This document shows, piece by piece, positions 9,851 to 19,628 of a DNA stretch of 64,000 nucleotides. Both the position numbers and the translations under genes were made by a program. Under the pieces are notes generated by a model. The model did not search any database and was not told the origin of the DNA. It was given only the letters and a program-made list of their open reading frames with translations. The number at the start of each line of letters is the position of its first letter. Within the stretch, counting starts at the first letter, position 1. The stretch covers positions 1 to 64,000 of the forward strand of contig JBFMGK010000029.1 in assembly GCA_040752575.1 (NCBI GenBank), written 5' to 3'. Origin of the DNA: Candidatus Bipolaricaulota bacterium. GTDB lineage: Bacteria > Bipolaricaulota > Bipolaricaulia > UBA7950 > UBA9294.

Positions 9851-10882
9851 ATGGAACTGCTGAAGAAGCTGTCCGAGGCGACGGGGGTTCCGGGCTACGA
9901 GGCACCGGTGCGTGGCGTCATTCTGGATGCGTTGAGAGGCGTGGTCGACGCAACCGAGGTCGACCGCCTCGGCAACGTGATCGCGCACAAATCTGGAAAG
10001 GGGCCCGTCGTGGCGGTCGCCGGGCACATGGATGAGATCGGGTTTCTGGTCTCTCACATTGAAGAGAAGAGCGGGTTCCTCCGCGTCCAGCCCCTCGGTG
10101 GCTTTGACCCGGTCACGCTCGTGGCGCAAAGGGTCCACGTTCATGCGAAACGCGGCACGCTGACCGGCTGCATCGGGCGCAAGCCGATCCACATCCTGTC
10201 CGAGGAGGAGAAGAAAAAGCCTGTAGAGATCAACGACCTGTTCATCGACGTAGGGCTGCCGGGCGGACAGGTTGTGGAGTTCGTGTCCCTCGGAGACGTC
10301 GTCACTCTTCGACAGGACTTCGTGCAGTACGGCGACGTGGTTTCGGGAAAGGCGATCGACGACCGTCTGGGCGTGTACATCGGGATCGAAGCGATGCGGC
10401 GGGTGAAGAAGCTCGGATGCGACCTGTACTTCATCGCGTCGACGCAGGAAGAGGTCGGCGTGCGAGGGGCTACGGTCGCCGGATATCGCGTTCACCCCGA
10501 GATCGCGATCGCACTGGACGTCTGTATCGCGGCCGACATGCCGGGTGTGCCCGAGCGAGATCAGGTATCGCAGATGCGCCAGGGCGTCGCGATCAGTCTG
10601 AAGGACGCGCGAACCATCTCTCATCCGGGTCTCGTGCGGGCTTTTCTGGATCTCGCTGCGAAGAAGAGGATTCCCCATCAAGTCACGCTGGCGTCGCGCG
10701 GGGGCACGGACGCGGGCGCGATGCAGCTCGCGCGCGAAGGTGCGGCGGCGATCACCTTGTCGATTCCCACGCGCTACGTGCACTCGGTCGTGGAGACCGT
10801 GCACACAGGCGACATCGAGGCTGCCATCTCGCTTCTTGGCGCATTCCTGGAAGTTGCGAACAAGGTGGACCTTGCGGGATGA
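9851..10882 (+). CDS. M42 family metallopeptidase (TET/Frv-like)
   Basis: GVPGYE, AGHMDEIG, GKAIDDRLG, STQEEVGVRGA, GGTDAG, RYVHS. Confidence 0.93.
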   Translation: MELLKKLSEATGVPGYEAPVRGVILDALRGVVDATEVDRLGNVIAHKSGKGPVVAVAGHMDEIGFLVSHIEEKSGFLRVQPLGGFDPVTLVAQRVHVHAKRGTLTGCIGRKPIHILSEEEKKKPVEINDLFIDVGLPGGQVVEFVSLGDVVTLRQDFVQYGDVVSGKAIDDRLGVYIGIEAMRRVKKLGCDLYFIASTQEEVGVRGATVAGYRVHPEIAIALDVCIAADMPGVPERDQVSQMRQGVAISLKDARTISHPGLVRAFLDLAAKKRIPHQVTLASRGGTDAGAMQLAREGAAAITLSIPTRYVHSVVETVHTGDIEAAISLLGAFLEVANKVDLAG

Positions 10883-12237
10883 CGCACAGAACGCTTTTCC
10901 GTGACTTCGACGTGGTTGTGACCATGGACGGGGCCGAACGGGAGATCCCTGGCGGTTTCGTCCTCGTTGAGGGGAACCGGATCGCACGTGTGGGTGAGGA
11001 TCCCGCGGGCCTGCAGGCCGAAGAGGTGGTGTTCGGCCACGGCAAGGTCCTGCTCCCGGGGTTTGTGAACACGCATCACCATCTCTATCAGTCGCTGTTT
11101 CGGTGCGTCCCCGGCGCTGCGAACTCCGAGCTGTTCGACTGGCTCGTGTTTCTCTATCCGCGATGGCAAGCCCTTCACGAGGAGGCCGCACGGGTGTCCG
11201 CCGCCGTGGCTTCGTGCGAGCTCTTGCTCTCGGGCGCGACGACGACATCCGACCACTGCTATCTGTTCCCGCGTGGCGGCGGCGCCATTCTGGAGGCCGA
11301 CATCGAAGGGGCCCAGATGGCCGGGATCCGCTTTCACCCCTGCCGCGGCTCGATGTCGCTGTCGAAGAAGGACGGCGGCCTTCCTCCCGATAGCGTTGTG
11401 CAGACCGAAGACGAGATCCTGCGCGACTGCCAGAGAGCGATCGAGATGCACCACGATCGCGAGCCAATGGCCATGGTACGGGTTGCCCTGGCCCCGTGTT
11501 CGCCTTTCTCGGTGACGCTCGATCTGATGCGAGAGTCGACCCGGCTTGCTGAGGAGTATGGCGTCCTGTTGCACACGCATCTGGCCGAGACGCGCGACGA
11601 GGAGGCCTACTGCCTCCGCCGCTTCGGCCGACGTCCGGTGGATCTCCTTGAGGACTTGGGTTGGCTGCGCGATGACGTCTGGTTCGCCCACCTCGTCGTG
11701 CTCAGCGACCAGGACATCGCCAAGCTTGGCCAAGCCCGCGTCGGCCTGGCGCATTGCCCGACGTCCAACATGACCCTGGGATCGGGGATCGCCCGCGTGG
11801 CCGAAATGGCAGGTAGCGGTGTCCGGATTGGCCTTGCCGTCGATGGCTCGGCGAGCAACGACAGCTCGAACATGATCCGCGAAGTGAGACAGGCGATGCT
11901 TCTCCAGCGCGTTCGCTACGGCGCCAAGGCCGTGTGCGCGCGTCAAGCCCTTCGATGGGCCACCCAGGGGGGGGCGTCGGTGCTGGGGCGGGCCGATGAG
12001 ATCGGATCGATCGAGCCGGGAAAGGCGGCCGACCTCATTGCCTTCGACCTCACCGATGTGGCGTTTGCCGGAGCGGCGGACCCGGTTGCCGCGATCGTGC
12101 ATTGCGCAGCAGATCGGGTTTCTCTCTCGATGGTCAACGGCGAGTGGCGCGTGCGGGAAGGACAGCTTCTCGCCGCGGACGCGCCGAAGTGGATCGCCAA
12201 GCACAACGCGCTGGCGCGTCGGCTTGCCCGCGCATGA
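10879..12237 (+). CDS. Amidohydrolase, 8-oxoguanine deaminase / AtzB-like
   Basis: PGFVNTHHHLYQ, RGSMSLSKKDGGLPPD, APCSPFSV, HTHLAET, VDGSASND; ATGA overlap with M42 stop. Confidence 0.88.
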   Translation: MTHRTLFRDFDVVVTMDGAEREIPGGFVLVEGNRIARVGEDPAGLQAEEVVFGHGKVLLPGFVNTHHHLYQSLFRCVPGAANSELFDWLVFLYPRWQALHEEAARVSAAVASCELLLSGATTTSDHCYLFPRGGGAILEADIEGAQMAGIRFHPCRGSMSLSKKDGGLPPDSVVQTEDEILRDCQRAIEMHHDREPMAMVRVALAPCSPFSVTLDLMRESTRLAEEYGVLLHTHLAETRDEEAYCLRRFGRRPVDLLEDLGWLRDDVWFAHLVVLSDQDIAKLGQARVGLAHCPTSNMTLGSGIARVAEMAGSGVRIGLAVDGSASNDSSNMIREVRQAMLLQRVRYGAKAVCARQALRWATQGGASVLGRADEIGSIEPGKAADLIAFDLTDVAFAGAADPVAAIVHCAADRVSLSMVNGEWRVREGQLLAADAPKWIAKHNALARRLARA

Positions 12238-12518
12238 TCGAGGTCAGCGTCGAGATCGCGTTCTCGTTCAAGCGCGAGCTCTCGGAAGACGACCGCTGTC
12301 TCCTGCTCCCCGATGACGCGGATGCGCTGGCCGTTCTGCGAGCCCTTGTCGCACGGGCTCCGTCGCTCGAGCGTCGTCTCTTCGATGTGGACGGCAACGT
12401 GCGACGGGATCTGAACGCGATCGTCAATGGGTTGAACGTCGTGCGTAGGCAGGGTTGGGCGACGCGACTCGCGGCCGGCGACCGGGTGATCCTCCTGCCG
12501 CCGCTCGGCGGAGGGTGA
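12234..12518 (+). CDS. MoaD/ThiS family ubiquitin-like sulfur carrier
   Basis: IVNG...L..GDRVILLPPLGGG C-terminal di-Gly; ATGA overlap. Confidence 0.85.
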   Translation: MIEVSVEIAFSFKRELSEDDRCLLLPDDADALAVLRALVARAPSLERRLFDVDGNVRRDLNAIVNGLNVVRRQGWATRLAAGDRVILLPPLGGG

Positions 12519-12526
12519 GATGCGGG

Positions 12527-12688
12527 GAGCGGGGAGATCCCGGAGGTTTCTCCCCGCTCGGTGTGGTGGCTATCCGCAAGGAGGTTAGCGGAAGGGCAGC
12601 TTGCGCTGCCGACCCTAGGATGCGCCTTCGTTGTGATACGTCTGTGAAGCCCGGGTGGCCTTCTCGTGAGGGAGTCGCTAGGCCGGGC
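12527..12688. other. Cluster of hairpins between convergent genes (terminators and/or structured RNA)
   Basis: 11-bp perfect stem 12527-12559; TCC-GCAA-GGA; GGCAGC-TTGC-GCTGCC; GCCCGG...CCGGGC with GTGA loop. Confidence 0.45.
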
Positions 12689-13079
12689 GCAGGCGGGTCC
12701 GCTTCGAGGCCAGACTGGCGGCGAAACGAGCGTCATCCACCACGAAACGAGAGTGGGTTCCCCGGGCGACAAGCTCCACGTCGTCGCTCACCTCGAATTC
12801 GAAGGCAAGTCGACGACCGTCGACCTGCACGAGCTTTGCGGTCACCGTCACGCGCCACCCTTCCGGTGTCGGAGCGAGGTGTTCGACGGACACGGACGTG
12901 CCCACGGTGCGCTGTCCGTCGGGGAGAGTCGGGTCAACGATTTGCCGCGAGCACTCCTCGCAAAAGCCGACGAGTACCGGAGTCGCCAGGACGTCGACGA
13001 GGCCGCTGCCGAAGGCGCTGGCCAGATGCGACGGTTTCACAATCCAGGTTTGCGTATGCATTGCGCCGACTTCGATCAC
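12678..13079 (-). CDS. Hotdog-fold thioesterase (fluoroacetyl-CoA thioesterase-like)
   Basis: GSGLVDVLATP...E, TVGTSVSVEHLAPTP, GTHSRFVVD; GTG with AAGAGGAGG RBS. Confidence 0.88.
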   Translation of the reverse strand: MIEVGAMHTQTWIVKPSHLASAFGSGLVDVLATPVLVGFCEECSRQIVDPTLPDGQRTVGTSVSVEHLAPTPEGWRVTVTAKLVQVDGRRLAFEFEVSDDVELVARGTHSRFVVDDARFAASLASKRTRLRPA

Positions 13080-13080
13080 G

Positions 13081-13917
13081 CTACCTCCTCTTGTCTGCCG
13101 TCTCGGTTTCGAGGTCGCGGGAAGGATGAGCTGCATACAGGTTTGGCCTACGGTCCGCGAGTTTGTCGTTCCGCGCCGTCAGAGATTTGTCGCGCGCTCG
13201 CGCGAGATCGATGGCGACGACGGCCGCCTCGACGCGGTCCGGGGAGAGACGAACGAGAACGTCGCCACGGGGCCCAACGATTTGACTCTCACCGGTGTAG
13301 CGAAGCTCGACCTCACCTCGAGCCTCGCGCCCGACTCGGTTCGACGTGGCTGCATAGACGCCGTTCTCCAAAGCGCGAACGACCATCGTCTGCTGGCCGA
13401 GGCCTGGGAGAACGAGGTTCGCGGGGTGGGCCAGCACGTCGGCGCCGAGGAGAGCGAGGGATCGCGCCGACTCGGGGAACAGGTGGTCGAAACAGACCAT
13501 GAGGCCGACCCGCGCGTCGCCGGCTCGCACCACGAAGAACGGACGATCGCCGGGCAGAAACAGCTCCTTCTCCAGCGCAAAGAGATGGATCTTTCGGTAC
13601 GTCGCGACCAGGCCGTCGGGTCCCACGAGCACGGCGGCGTTGTACGTGCCCTCCGGAGCCGCCTCAGGAAGGCCCGCAGCGACGAAGCAAGCGTGGTCGT
13701 GACAGAAGGCGGCGAGTTCGCGGGTCGTGGGTCCGCCCGGGATCGGCTCGGCGAACCTGGCCGCCTCGGCAGCATCGGCGAACAGGTATCCAGTAGCGAA
13801 GAACTCCGGCAGCACCCACAGGTCGGCTGGCTGGCGCTCCAGGAGCGCCAGGGCCTGTTCGACATTGGCCTTCGGCTGGCCGAAGATGGGGTCGGTCTGC
13901 GCAACGCCGATTCGCAT
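13081..13917 (-). CDS. Carbon-nitrogen hydrolase (nitrilase superfamily)
   Basis: Triad motifs VLPEFFATGY, YRKIHLF, VCFDHLFPE. Confidence 0.9.
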   Translation of the reverse strand: MRIGVAQTDPIFGQPKANVEQALALLERQPADLWVLPEFFATGYLFADAAEAARFAEPIPGGPTTRELAAFCHDHACFVAAGLPEAAPEGTYNAAVLVGPDGLVATYRKIHLFALEKELFLPGDRPFFVVRAGDARVGLMVCFDHLFPESARSLALLGADVLAHPANLVLPGLGQQTMVVRALENGVYAATSNRVGREARGEVELRYTGESQIVGPRGDVLVRLSPDRVEAAVVAIDLARARDKSLTARNDKLADRRPNLYAAHPSRDLETETADKRR

Positions 13918-13940
13918 CGCGATTCGAGACGCGGCGGCGA

Positions 13941-14039
13941 CTAGCCGCACGTTCCGCCGCTGCAGCTTCCGACGTAGAAACGAGCCAGCAGGATGACCGC
14001 CACAAGGACGTAGAACAGGGCTGACAGGTCGCGCTCCAA
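13941..14039 (-). CDS. 32-aa single-pass membrane peptide with Cys-rich tail
   Basis: TTG start after GAGAGGGG; MERDLSALFYVLVAVILLARFYVGSCSGGTCG; below ORF-track cutoff. Confidence 0.55.
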   Translation of the reverse strand: MERDLSALFYVLVAVILLARFYVGSCSGGTCG

Positions 14040-14095
14040 GGTGGATCCCCCTCTCGCGGCCGATACGCGGCGCAGCGACATTGTAGCGGATGAAG

Positions 14096-17000
14096 TCAAC
14101 GCCCGACGTCGAGTGCGGAGGTCTGGGGAGCGTAGCGCACTACGGCCTCAGGGAACGCGAGAACGGATGCGTAGATCCACGTCTGGCCACGCGAGCGCTC
14201 GACGCCGACGCGCAGGCAGTCCGACACGTCGTGGAAGACCCCGTAGGAGAGGCCGAACGGGATGGCGCGGTCTGCGGCGTACTTGACTCCTAATTCGAGT
14301 CCCCAGTCGCGGGACAGGGAGAGCGCGGCTTCGATCGTCGCCTCCGAGACCGAGACGAGGCGGAGGTCGAGGTCCGTCTGCAGCGACAGACGCACTCCAG
14401 ACAGAGAGGCTTCGACATCGACCCCGACCTCGCCGAACTGCCCTACGTCCACGTTGAAGGGGATGCTGAAGCGCAGCGAGTGGAGTCCGTCGCTCCATGA
14501 TCCCGAGAGAGCGAGGTCCGTCACCCGGCCGGACGCGGGATCGAGCCACGCGGAGAATGTCCATGGCAGAGGGCCGCCCTGAGCAGCAGAGAGCCGCAAA
14601 AGGCCGATGCCCGAGGATCTCCGGGCCGACCCGGACAGCGACAGATCCAAGGCACCCTCTCGCGAGAGCGTCCACTCGAGAATCTCGTCTCCGCTGACCG
14701 CATCGAACGTGAACGGGCTGGCTCCGCGAACGATGGAGCGACGCCAAACCGCGCGCAGACCGGCCCACGTGACCGTGGCCGAGAGGTTGAGCGACGCGCG
14801 AGCGTTGCGCTCTCCCTCTCCGCCATAGAGCGCCAGTTCGGCCGACGCCTCGGGCGTGACGCGGACTCCGGCCCAGAGCAGAGGGTCGGCCGTCAGGGCG
14901 AGATGACCCAGCATGCGGAGTCGCGCTTCGCGTTCCTCGCCAAGGACTCCCTCGCGGAGCCATCCGGCGGCAAGAGAGGGGGCGACACGAAAGCCCTCGA
15001 ATCGCGCAGGCTCGAAGTCGAGGGTGATGTCCGGGAGTCTCTCGATGACGCGCGTGGCGGTTTCGGGCTCTGAACGCGTCTCCCGCGACGCCGCAACGTC
15101 AACCGAAGCAACCGGCGTGTCGCCCTCCAGCCGGAACGAGTAGGTGAGCCGCTCGGCCTCGCCGCGGCGCTCGTAGGAGAGGTCTCCGTGGGCCTCCCAC
15201 TCGTCGACGAGCTGGGCTTGCGTGTCGAACGAGAGCCGGTACTCGGGGTCTCCGACTTTGGCCGGGAAGGCATACGTAGCGAGCCGCGCGGCGAACGGGC
15301 CGGCCTGGAGATGCACGATGGCCCCCGCGGCGACTTCGGCGTACTTGGCGTACAGATCGACGAGCAGCGATCCGTAGGCGCCTGGGCTGACGAAGAAGGG
15401 GACGCTCCACTTGGCGAACCCCCCGTGGAGCGCATCTTGGCCCAGCGATGGAAACAACGGGGCGTCCAGGGTCTCACGAAGCGGTTGGACGTACATCGGG
15501 AGCCACATCAGGGCCACGCCGCCGATGCGCACGACGAGGCCGTAGGCCACGAGAAGCTGGCCTGGGTAGAGGACGAAGCGCTCTGCATGGAGGCTGTAGG
15601 GTCTGCGGCGCAAGGGCGAGCAGCAGACGTCGCAGGTCGTGAAGTCGGCGCCCTCAGCCTCGACGCGCGCGACCTCGCCGCCCTCGAGGTCGATGCGGCC
15701 GGAGGACGCCGCGAAGGCCAGCGTGTGCTCGGTGCCGGTCGAGTTTGTGAACCGGCTGCGGCCGGATAAGTCCTTGGCCTCGGCGAGACGAGCGACCGCA
15801 TCGCCCGCGGCAGCCTCTACAACGGCCGTAACCCTGTCGGCAAGGAGTTCGAAGTCGGTTCCGAACTTCAGCGAGACCGAGCCCTGTGCGTCGAGGGCCC
15901 AACTCCCTGTCTGAACCCTCTCCAGCCCGAGAAAGTCGGCATGAAGAACGGTGCTGGAGAAGGATGCGACGACGGCACCGGAGGCGCGGACCTCCGATCC
16001 ATCGTCCGCGACAAAGACCTCATCACACGAGAGGGTCAGCGGGACGGGGTCATCGAGCGCGACGGCGTCAAGGGAGAGCGCGACGAGGGTCAGCACGGCG
16101 ACGATGCCGAGGCCGAGAGGCCGCAGACGGCGACGCAGATGCCGCCACCCCTCTCGCGACGCCATGTGATCGACGCGCAGGAAGAGAAGCACGCCCCCGG
16201 CGCCGAAGATCAGATTGGGGATCCACGCCGCGAGAGCGGCATCCATCGCTCCGCGTCTGCCGAGGGTCTGCGTCCACCACAGCACGCCTTGGTAGAGTGC
16301 AACGAGCAGCAGCCCGAGTACCAGGCTCGCTGCGCGTCCCCGGGGCATGAACGCCAGGCTCAGCGAGCCCGCCAAGAGGACGAACAGCACAGCGGCGAGG
16401 GGAAGTGCGAGCTTGAGATGGGCCTCGACGATGTACTCCTCGACGCGCTGCCCGCTCTCGCGTCCCTGTGCGATCCGTTGGATGAGCTCCGCAAGCCCCA
16501 TCTCGGACGCGGTACGTGACCGTGAGACCAACTCGGCGATGCTCTGATCGATCGGAAGGGTGAGCGACTCGACCGTTGCCGAGAACGTCAGGATCCCTTC
16601 GCGATCAAAACCGTAGACCATCGCGTCCTCCAGCTCCCAGGCGCCGCCGGCCCAGGTGCCCTCCTCGGCTGTCAGTAGGGTGATTCGCGTTCCCGCCTGC
16701 GGGAAGAGACGGCCCGTGGTGTCGTAGATGTGGATTCCCAGAAGACGTCCCGTCGACTCATCGTAGCTTCGGATGTAGAAGAACTGGTCGTTCTGCCCCC
16801 TGAAGAACGCGTTGGACGTGATGCGCGGGGCACCCTGGCGGAAGATCGCGGCCCGCAGGGCATCCTGGTACGAGGCCTCCGAGGCCGGAACCAGCCAGTT
16901 GTAGATCGCGAAGTCAGCGGCCGCGACGACGGCGGCCGCGGCCAGCAAGGGGACGAGAAGCCTTCGCAACGGAATCCCGAGGGACTCCAGCGCGAGGATC

Positions 17001-17257
17001 TCGCGGTCGTGGATCATCCTTCCGAGAGCGAGAAACGTGGCGAACAGCGCACTCATCGGCACGGCGACGACGAGCAAGCTGGGAACTTTCAGCAGCACCA
17101 ACCTCAGCAGGGCCGCCATTCCCAAGCCGCGGTCCACCATCAGATCGGAAAGAGAGAGGACGACGTTGAGAAGGATGAACAAGACGAGGCCCGAGAGGGC
17201 AAGCGCAAACGGTCCGACGGCCTCTCGCAGGAGGTATCGATCGCAACGGCGCAGCAT
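14096..17257 (-). CDS. Fusion of LptF/LptG (YjgP/Q) permease and LptD-like OstA/beta-barrel protein
   Basis: N-term DRYLLRE...EILALESLGIP...KLALPLA...AAWIPNLIF (LptF/G); then FTTCD...PYSLHAERFVLYP...IGGVALMWLP and amphipathic strands ending YASVLAFP (LptD-like); no stop between. Confidence 0.8.
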   Translation of the reverse strand: MLRRCDRYLLREAVGPFALALSGLVLFILLNVVLSLSDLMVDRGLGMAALLRLVLLKVPSLLVVAVPMSALFATFLALGRMIHDREILALESLGIPLRRLLVPLLAAAAVVAAADFAIYNWLVPASEASYQDALRAAIFRQGAPRITSNAFFRGQNDQFFYIRSYDESTGRLLGIHIYDTTGRLFPQAGTRITLLTAEEGTWAGGAWELEDAMVYGFDREGILTFSATVESLTLPIDQSIAELVSRSRTASEMGLAELIQRIAQGRESGQRVEEYIVEAHLKLALPLAAVLFVLLAGSLSLAFMPRGRAASLVLGLLLVALYQGVLWWTQTLGRRGAMDAALAAWIPNLIFGAGGVLLFLRVDHMASREGWRHLRRRLRPLGLGIVAVLTLVALSLDAVALDDPVPLTLSCDEVFVADDGSEVRASGAVVASFSSTVLHADFLGLERVQTGSWALDAQGSVSLKFGTDFELLADRVTAVVEAAAGDAVARLAEAKDLSGRSRFTNSTGTEHTLAFAASSGRIDLEGGEVARVEAEGADFTTCDVCCSPLRRRPYSLHAERFVLYPGQLLVAYGLVVRIGGVALMWLPMYVQPLRETLDAPLFPSLGQDALHGGFAKWSVPFFVSPGAYGSLLVDLYAKYAEVAAGAIVHLQAGPFAARLATYAFPAKVGDPEYRLSFDTQAQLVDEWEAHGDLSYERRGEAERLTYSFRLEGDTPVASVDVAASRETRSEPETATRVIERLPDITLDFEPARFEGFRVAPSLAAGWLREGVLGEEREARLRMLGHLALTADPLLWAGVRVTPEASAELALYGGEGERNARASLNLSATVTWAGLRAVWRRSIVRGASPFTFDAVSGDEILEWTLSREGALDLSLSGSARRSSGIGLLRLSAAQGGPLPWTFSAWLDPASGRVTDLALSGSWSDGLHSLRFSIPFNVDVGQFGEVGVDVEASLSGVRLSLQTDLDLRLVSVSEATIEAALSLSRDWGLELGVKYAADRAIPFGLSYGVFHDVSDCLRVGVERSRGQTWIYASVLAFPEAVVRYAPQTSALDVGR

Positions 17258-17346
17258 GAGGATCCGATCATAGCGGACACCGTGGAGGGGCGCCCAGCAC
17301 GGCGGGCTCGCGTGGCGGTGATGGGATATAGTCAATCGAAGGAGCC

Positions 17347-18660
17347 ATGGGAAACAGGGTCTACATCGAGACGTGGGGCTGCCAGATGAACCTTCACCAG
17401 AGCGAAGGCATCGGCGGCGTGCTCGAACAGGCCGGCTACCGGATGGTTCCGACGTTGGTCGAGGCCGACGTCGTCTTGTTCAACGGTTGCATGGTTCGGG
17501 AGAAGGCAGAAGAGAAGCTCCTGGGACGTTTGGGCGCCGTCGCGGAAGAGAAACGTCGGCGTCCCCTTGTGCTCGGAGTCGGCGGTTGCTTCGGCCAGAT
17601 CCATGGCCGGGAGCTTCTCGCGCGCTCGCCTTGGGTGGATTTCGTGTTCGGCGTTCGTGGGCACTCAGAGCTTCCGCAGCTCATCGCGCGCGCGGAGCGG
17701 AACGGCGGGAGATTCTGCGACCTTCCCGCCGTGGAGCGTGAAGACGAGATCCCGTTCCGGCGTGCGACGCACGTTCAGGCTATGGTAACCATTGCCGAGG
17801 GATGCTCGAATGCTTGCTCCTACTGCATCGTGCCTCTCGCACGTGGCCCGATGAGAAGCCGCGTCCCCGCAAGGATCCTCGCCGAAATCGAGGAGGCGCT
17901 GAGAGGGGGCGCGCGTGAGATCCTCCTTCTGGGGCAGAACGTCAACGCCTACGGCGTCGACCGTCCGGAGTGGGGCACGTTTGCCGGGCTCTTGCGGCGC
18001 GTTGCGGCGTGCGGACCGGAGCGAATCCGGTTCACGTCCTCGCATCCGCGGGACATGGACGCCGACGCGCTGGCGGCCATGGCGAACACCCGAGGTATCT
18101 GCCGTCATCTTCATCTTCCTCTTCAGTCGGGGTCGGATCGCATTCTTCGCGCCATGCGGCGGGGCTATGGGAGGCGGGAGTACGAGAACGTCCTTCGCGT
18201 TGCGCGGGACGCGATGCCGGGGTTGAATGTGACGACGGATATCATCGTCGGCTACCCTGGTGAGTCCGAGGCGGACTTCGCCGCGACGCTCGAGGTCGTG
18301 GAGACCGTCCGCTTTGGTACCGTGTATGCTGCGAAGTACTCGCCGCGGCCTGGAACGGCGGCCGCGCGGCAGGTCGACGACGTGCCGCGTGAAGTCAAAG
18401 AAGAGAGACTCGCGCGGGTCCTGGCGAGAGAGAGGGCGATCGCCGCGGAAGAGAACGCTCGCTGGGTGGGCAAGGATGTCGACGTGCTGATCGAAGGACG
18501 GGCGCGAGACGGGGCGTGGATGGGACGGGCCGATGACCACCGCACGGTGGTTGCGTTGGGTGAGGCGGCCGTCGGGGAGGTGGCGACCGTGCGGATCGAG
18601 AAGTCGTCGGCATCAACCCTCGAGGGAACCATTTCCCCGGCGGAAGGAGCGGTTCGATGA
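17347..18660 (+). CDS. miaB: tRNA-2-methylthio-N6-dimethylallyladenosine synthase
   Basis: ETWGCQMN, NGCMVREKAE, GCSNACSYCIVP, LGQNVNAYG, RFTSSHP, QSGS, C-terminal TRAM. Confidence 0.95.
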   Translation: MGNRVYIETWGCQMNLHQSEGIGGVLEQAGYRMVPTLVEADVVLFNGCMVREKAEEKLLGRLGAVAEEKRRRPLVLGVGGCFGQIHGRELLARSPWVDFVFGVRGHSELPQLIARAERNGGRFCDLPAVEREDEIPFRRATHVQAMVTIAEGCSNACSYCIVPLARGPMRSRVPARILAEIEEALRGGAREILLLGQNVNAYGVDRPEWGTFAGLLRRVAACGPERIRFTSSHPRDMDADALAAMANTRGICRHLHLPLQSGSDRILRAMRRGYGRREYENVLRVARDAMPGLNVTTDIIVGYPGESEADFAATLEVVETVRFGTVYAAKYSPRPGTAAARQVDDVPREVKEERLARVLARERAIAAEENARWVGKDVDVLIEGRARDGAWMGRADDHRTVVALGEAAVGEVATVRIEKSSASTLEGTISPAEGAVR

Positions 18661-19628
18661 TCGTCACCGTAACCCTGAACCCGGCTGTGGACCGTATCTA
18701 CTGGGTTGACAGCCTCAGGATGTGCGAGGTCGTGGAAGAGGAATACCTGACGCGTGCAACCCGGAGCGCCACCTGCGCCGGGGGCAAGGGCGTCAACATG
18801 TCGATCCTACTTGCGCAGCTTGGCGTCGAGAGCGTCGCCATGGGGTTCATCGGCGGTTTCGCCGGGCGTACGGTTGTCGGCGATCTCCGCGACAAGGGTG
18901 TGACGACGCACTTCGTCTGGACGCGAGGGGAGACGCGGACGAATGTGACCGTTCTCGAGAAGGGGCGCGCGTACGTTCCGATTTTCATCGACGAAGCGGG
19001 ATCTCCCGTCGAGGAGAGAGACGTCGAGCGCTTCATGAAACGGTACCAGCGGATGCTGGAGCGGGCGACATGGGTCGTTCTGGCCGGCAGTCTGCCTCCG
19101 AACATGGATCCCGGGATCTACTATGACCTGGCCCGGCGCGCCCGGGAGGCCGGCGCGAGGGTCGTCCTGAGTGCGGGAGGAGAGGCGTTGGAGCGAGCCC
19201 TCGAGGCGGGGCCAGCCGTCGTCAAGCCGGATACGCGTGCCGACCGACGGCTCCTTGGCGGCGATCTCGACTCGCGTGACGCGGTCATCGCTGCGGGTCG
19301 GGAGATGGTCTCCCGGGGCGCTGGGATCGTCCTGATCTCCCACGACATCACGGGCGACATCGCCGTGACGCGCGATGGGGTATGGGAGATCCAGACATCC
19401 GTGAAGGTCTCGGATCTCCGGAACCTGATCGGCGCCGATGACGCGCTGTTGGCCGGCGTCCTGTACCAGCTCGATCGCGAAGCGACGCTCGAGGACGCTC
19501 TCCGGTTCGGTCTTGCGGCGGGCATTGCGACGGCCGAGTCCGACCTGAAGCTGTGCGGCGATCCTCAGCAGATCCGCGCGGAGATGGAGCGCATCACGGT
19601 GAAGCAGATCGGAGGGGGTGTGCAATGA
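18657..19628 (+). CDS. 1-phosphofructokinase family (PfkB) hexose kinase
   Basis: MIVTVTLNPAVD, AGGKGVN, ETRTNV, LAGSLPP; anion-hole motif reads GADD rather than GAGD. Confidence 0.85.
   Translation: MIVTVTLNPAVDRIYWVDSLRMCEVVEEEYLTRATRSATCAGGKGVNMSILLAQLGVESVAMGFIGGFAGRTVVGDLRDKGVTTHFVWTRGETRTNVTVLEKGRAYVPIFIDEAGSPVEERDVERFMKRYQRMLERATWVVLAGSLPPNMDPGIYYDLARRAREAGARVVLSAGGEALERALEAGPAVVKPDTRADRRLLGGDLDSRDAVIAAGREMVSRGAGIVLISHDITGDIAVTRDGVWEIQTSVKVSDLRNLIGADDALLAGVLYQLDREATLEDALRFGLAAGIATAESDLKLCGDPQQIRAEMERITVKQIGGGVQ

Noticed and set aside
12560..12600. GCTA...GGAGGTTAGCGG resembles an SRP Alu-domain start
   Set aside because: No SRP S-domain motif (CAGG...GGAA...AGCAG) follows
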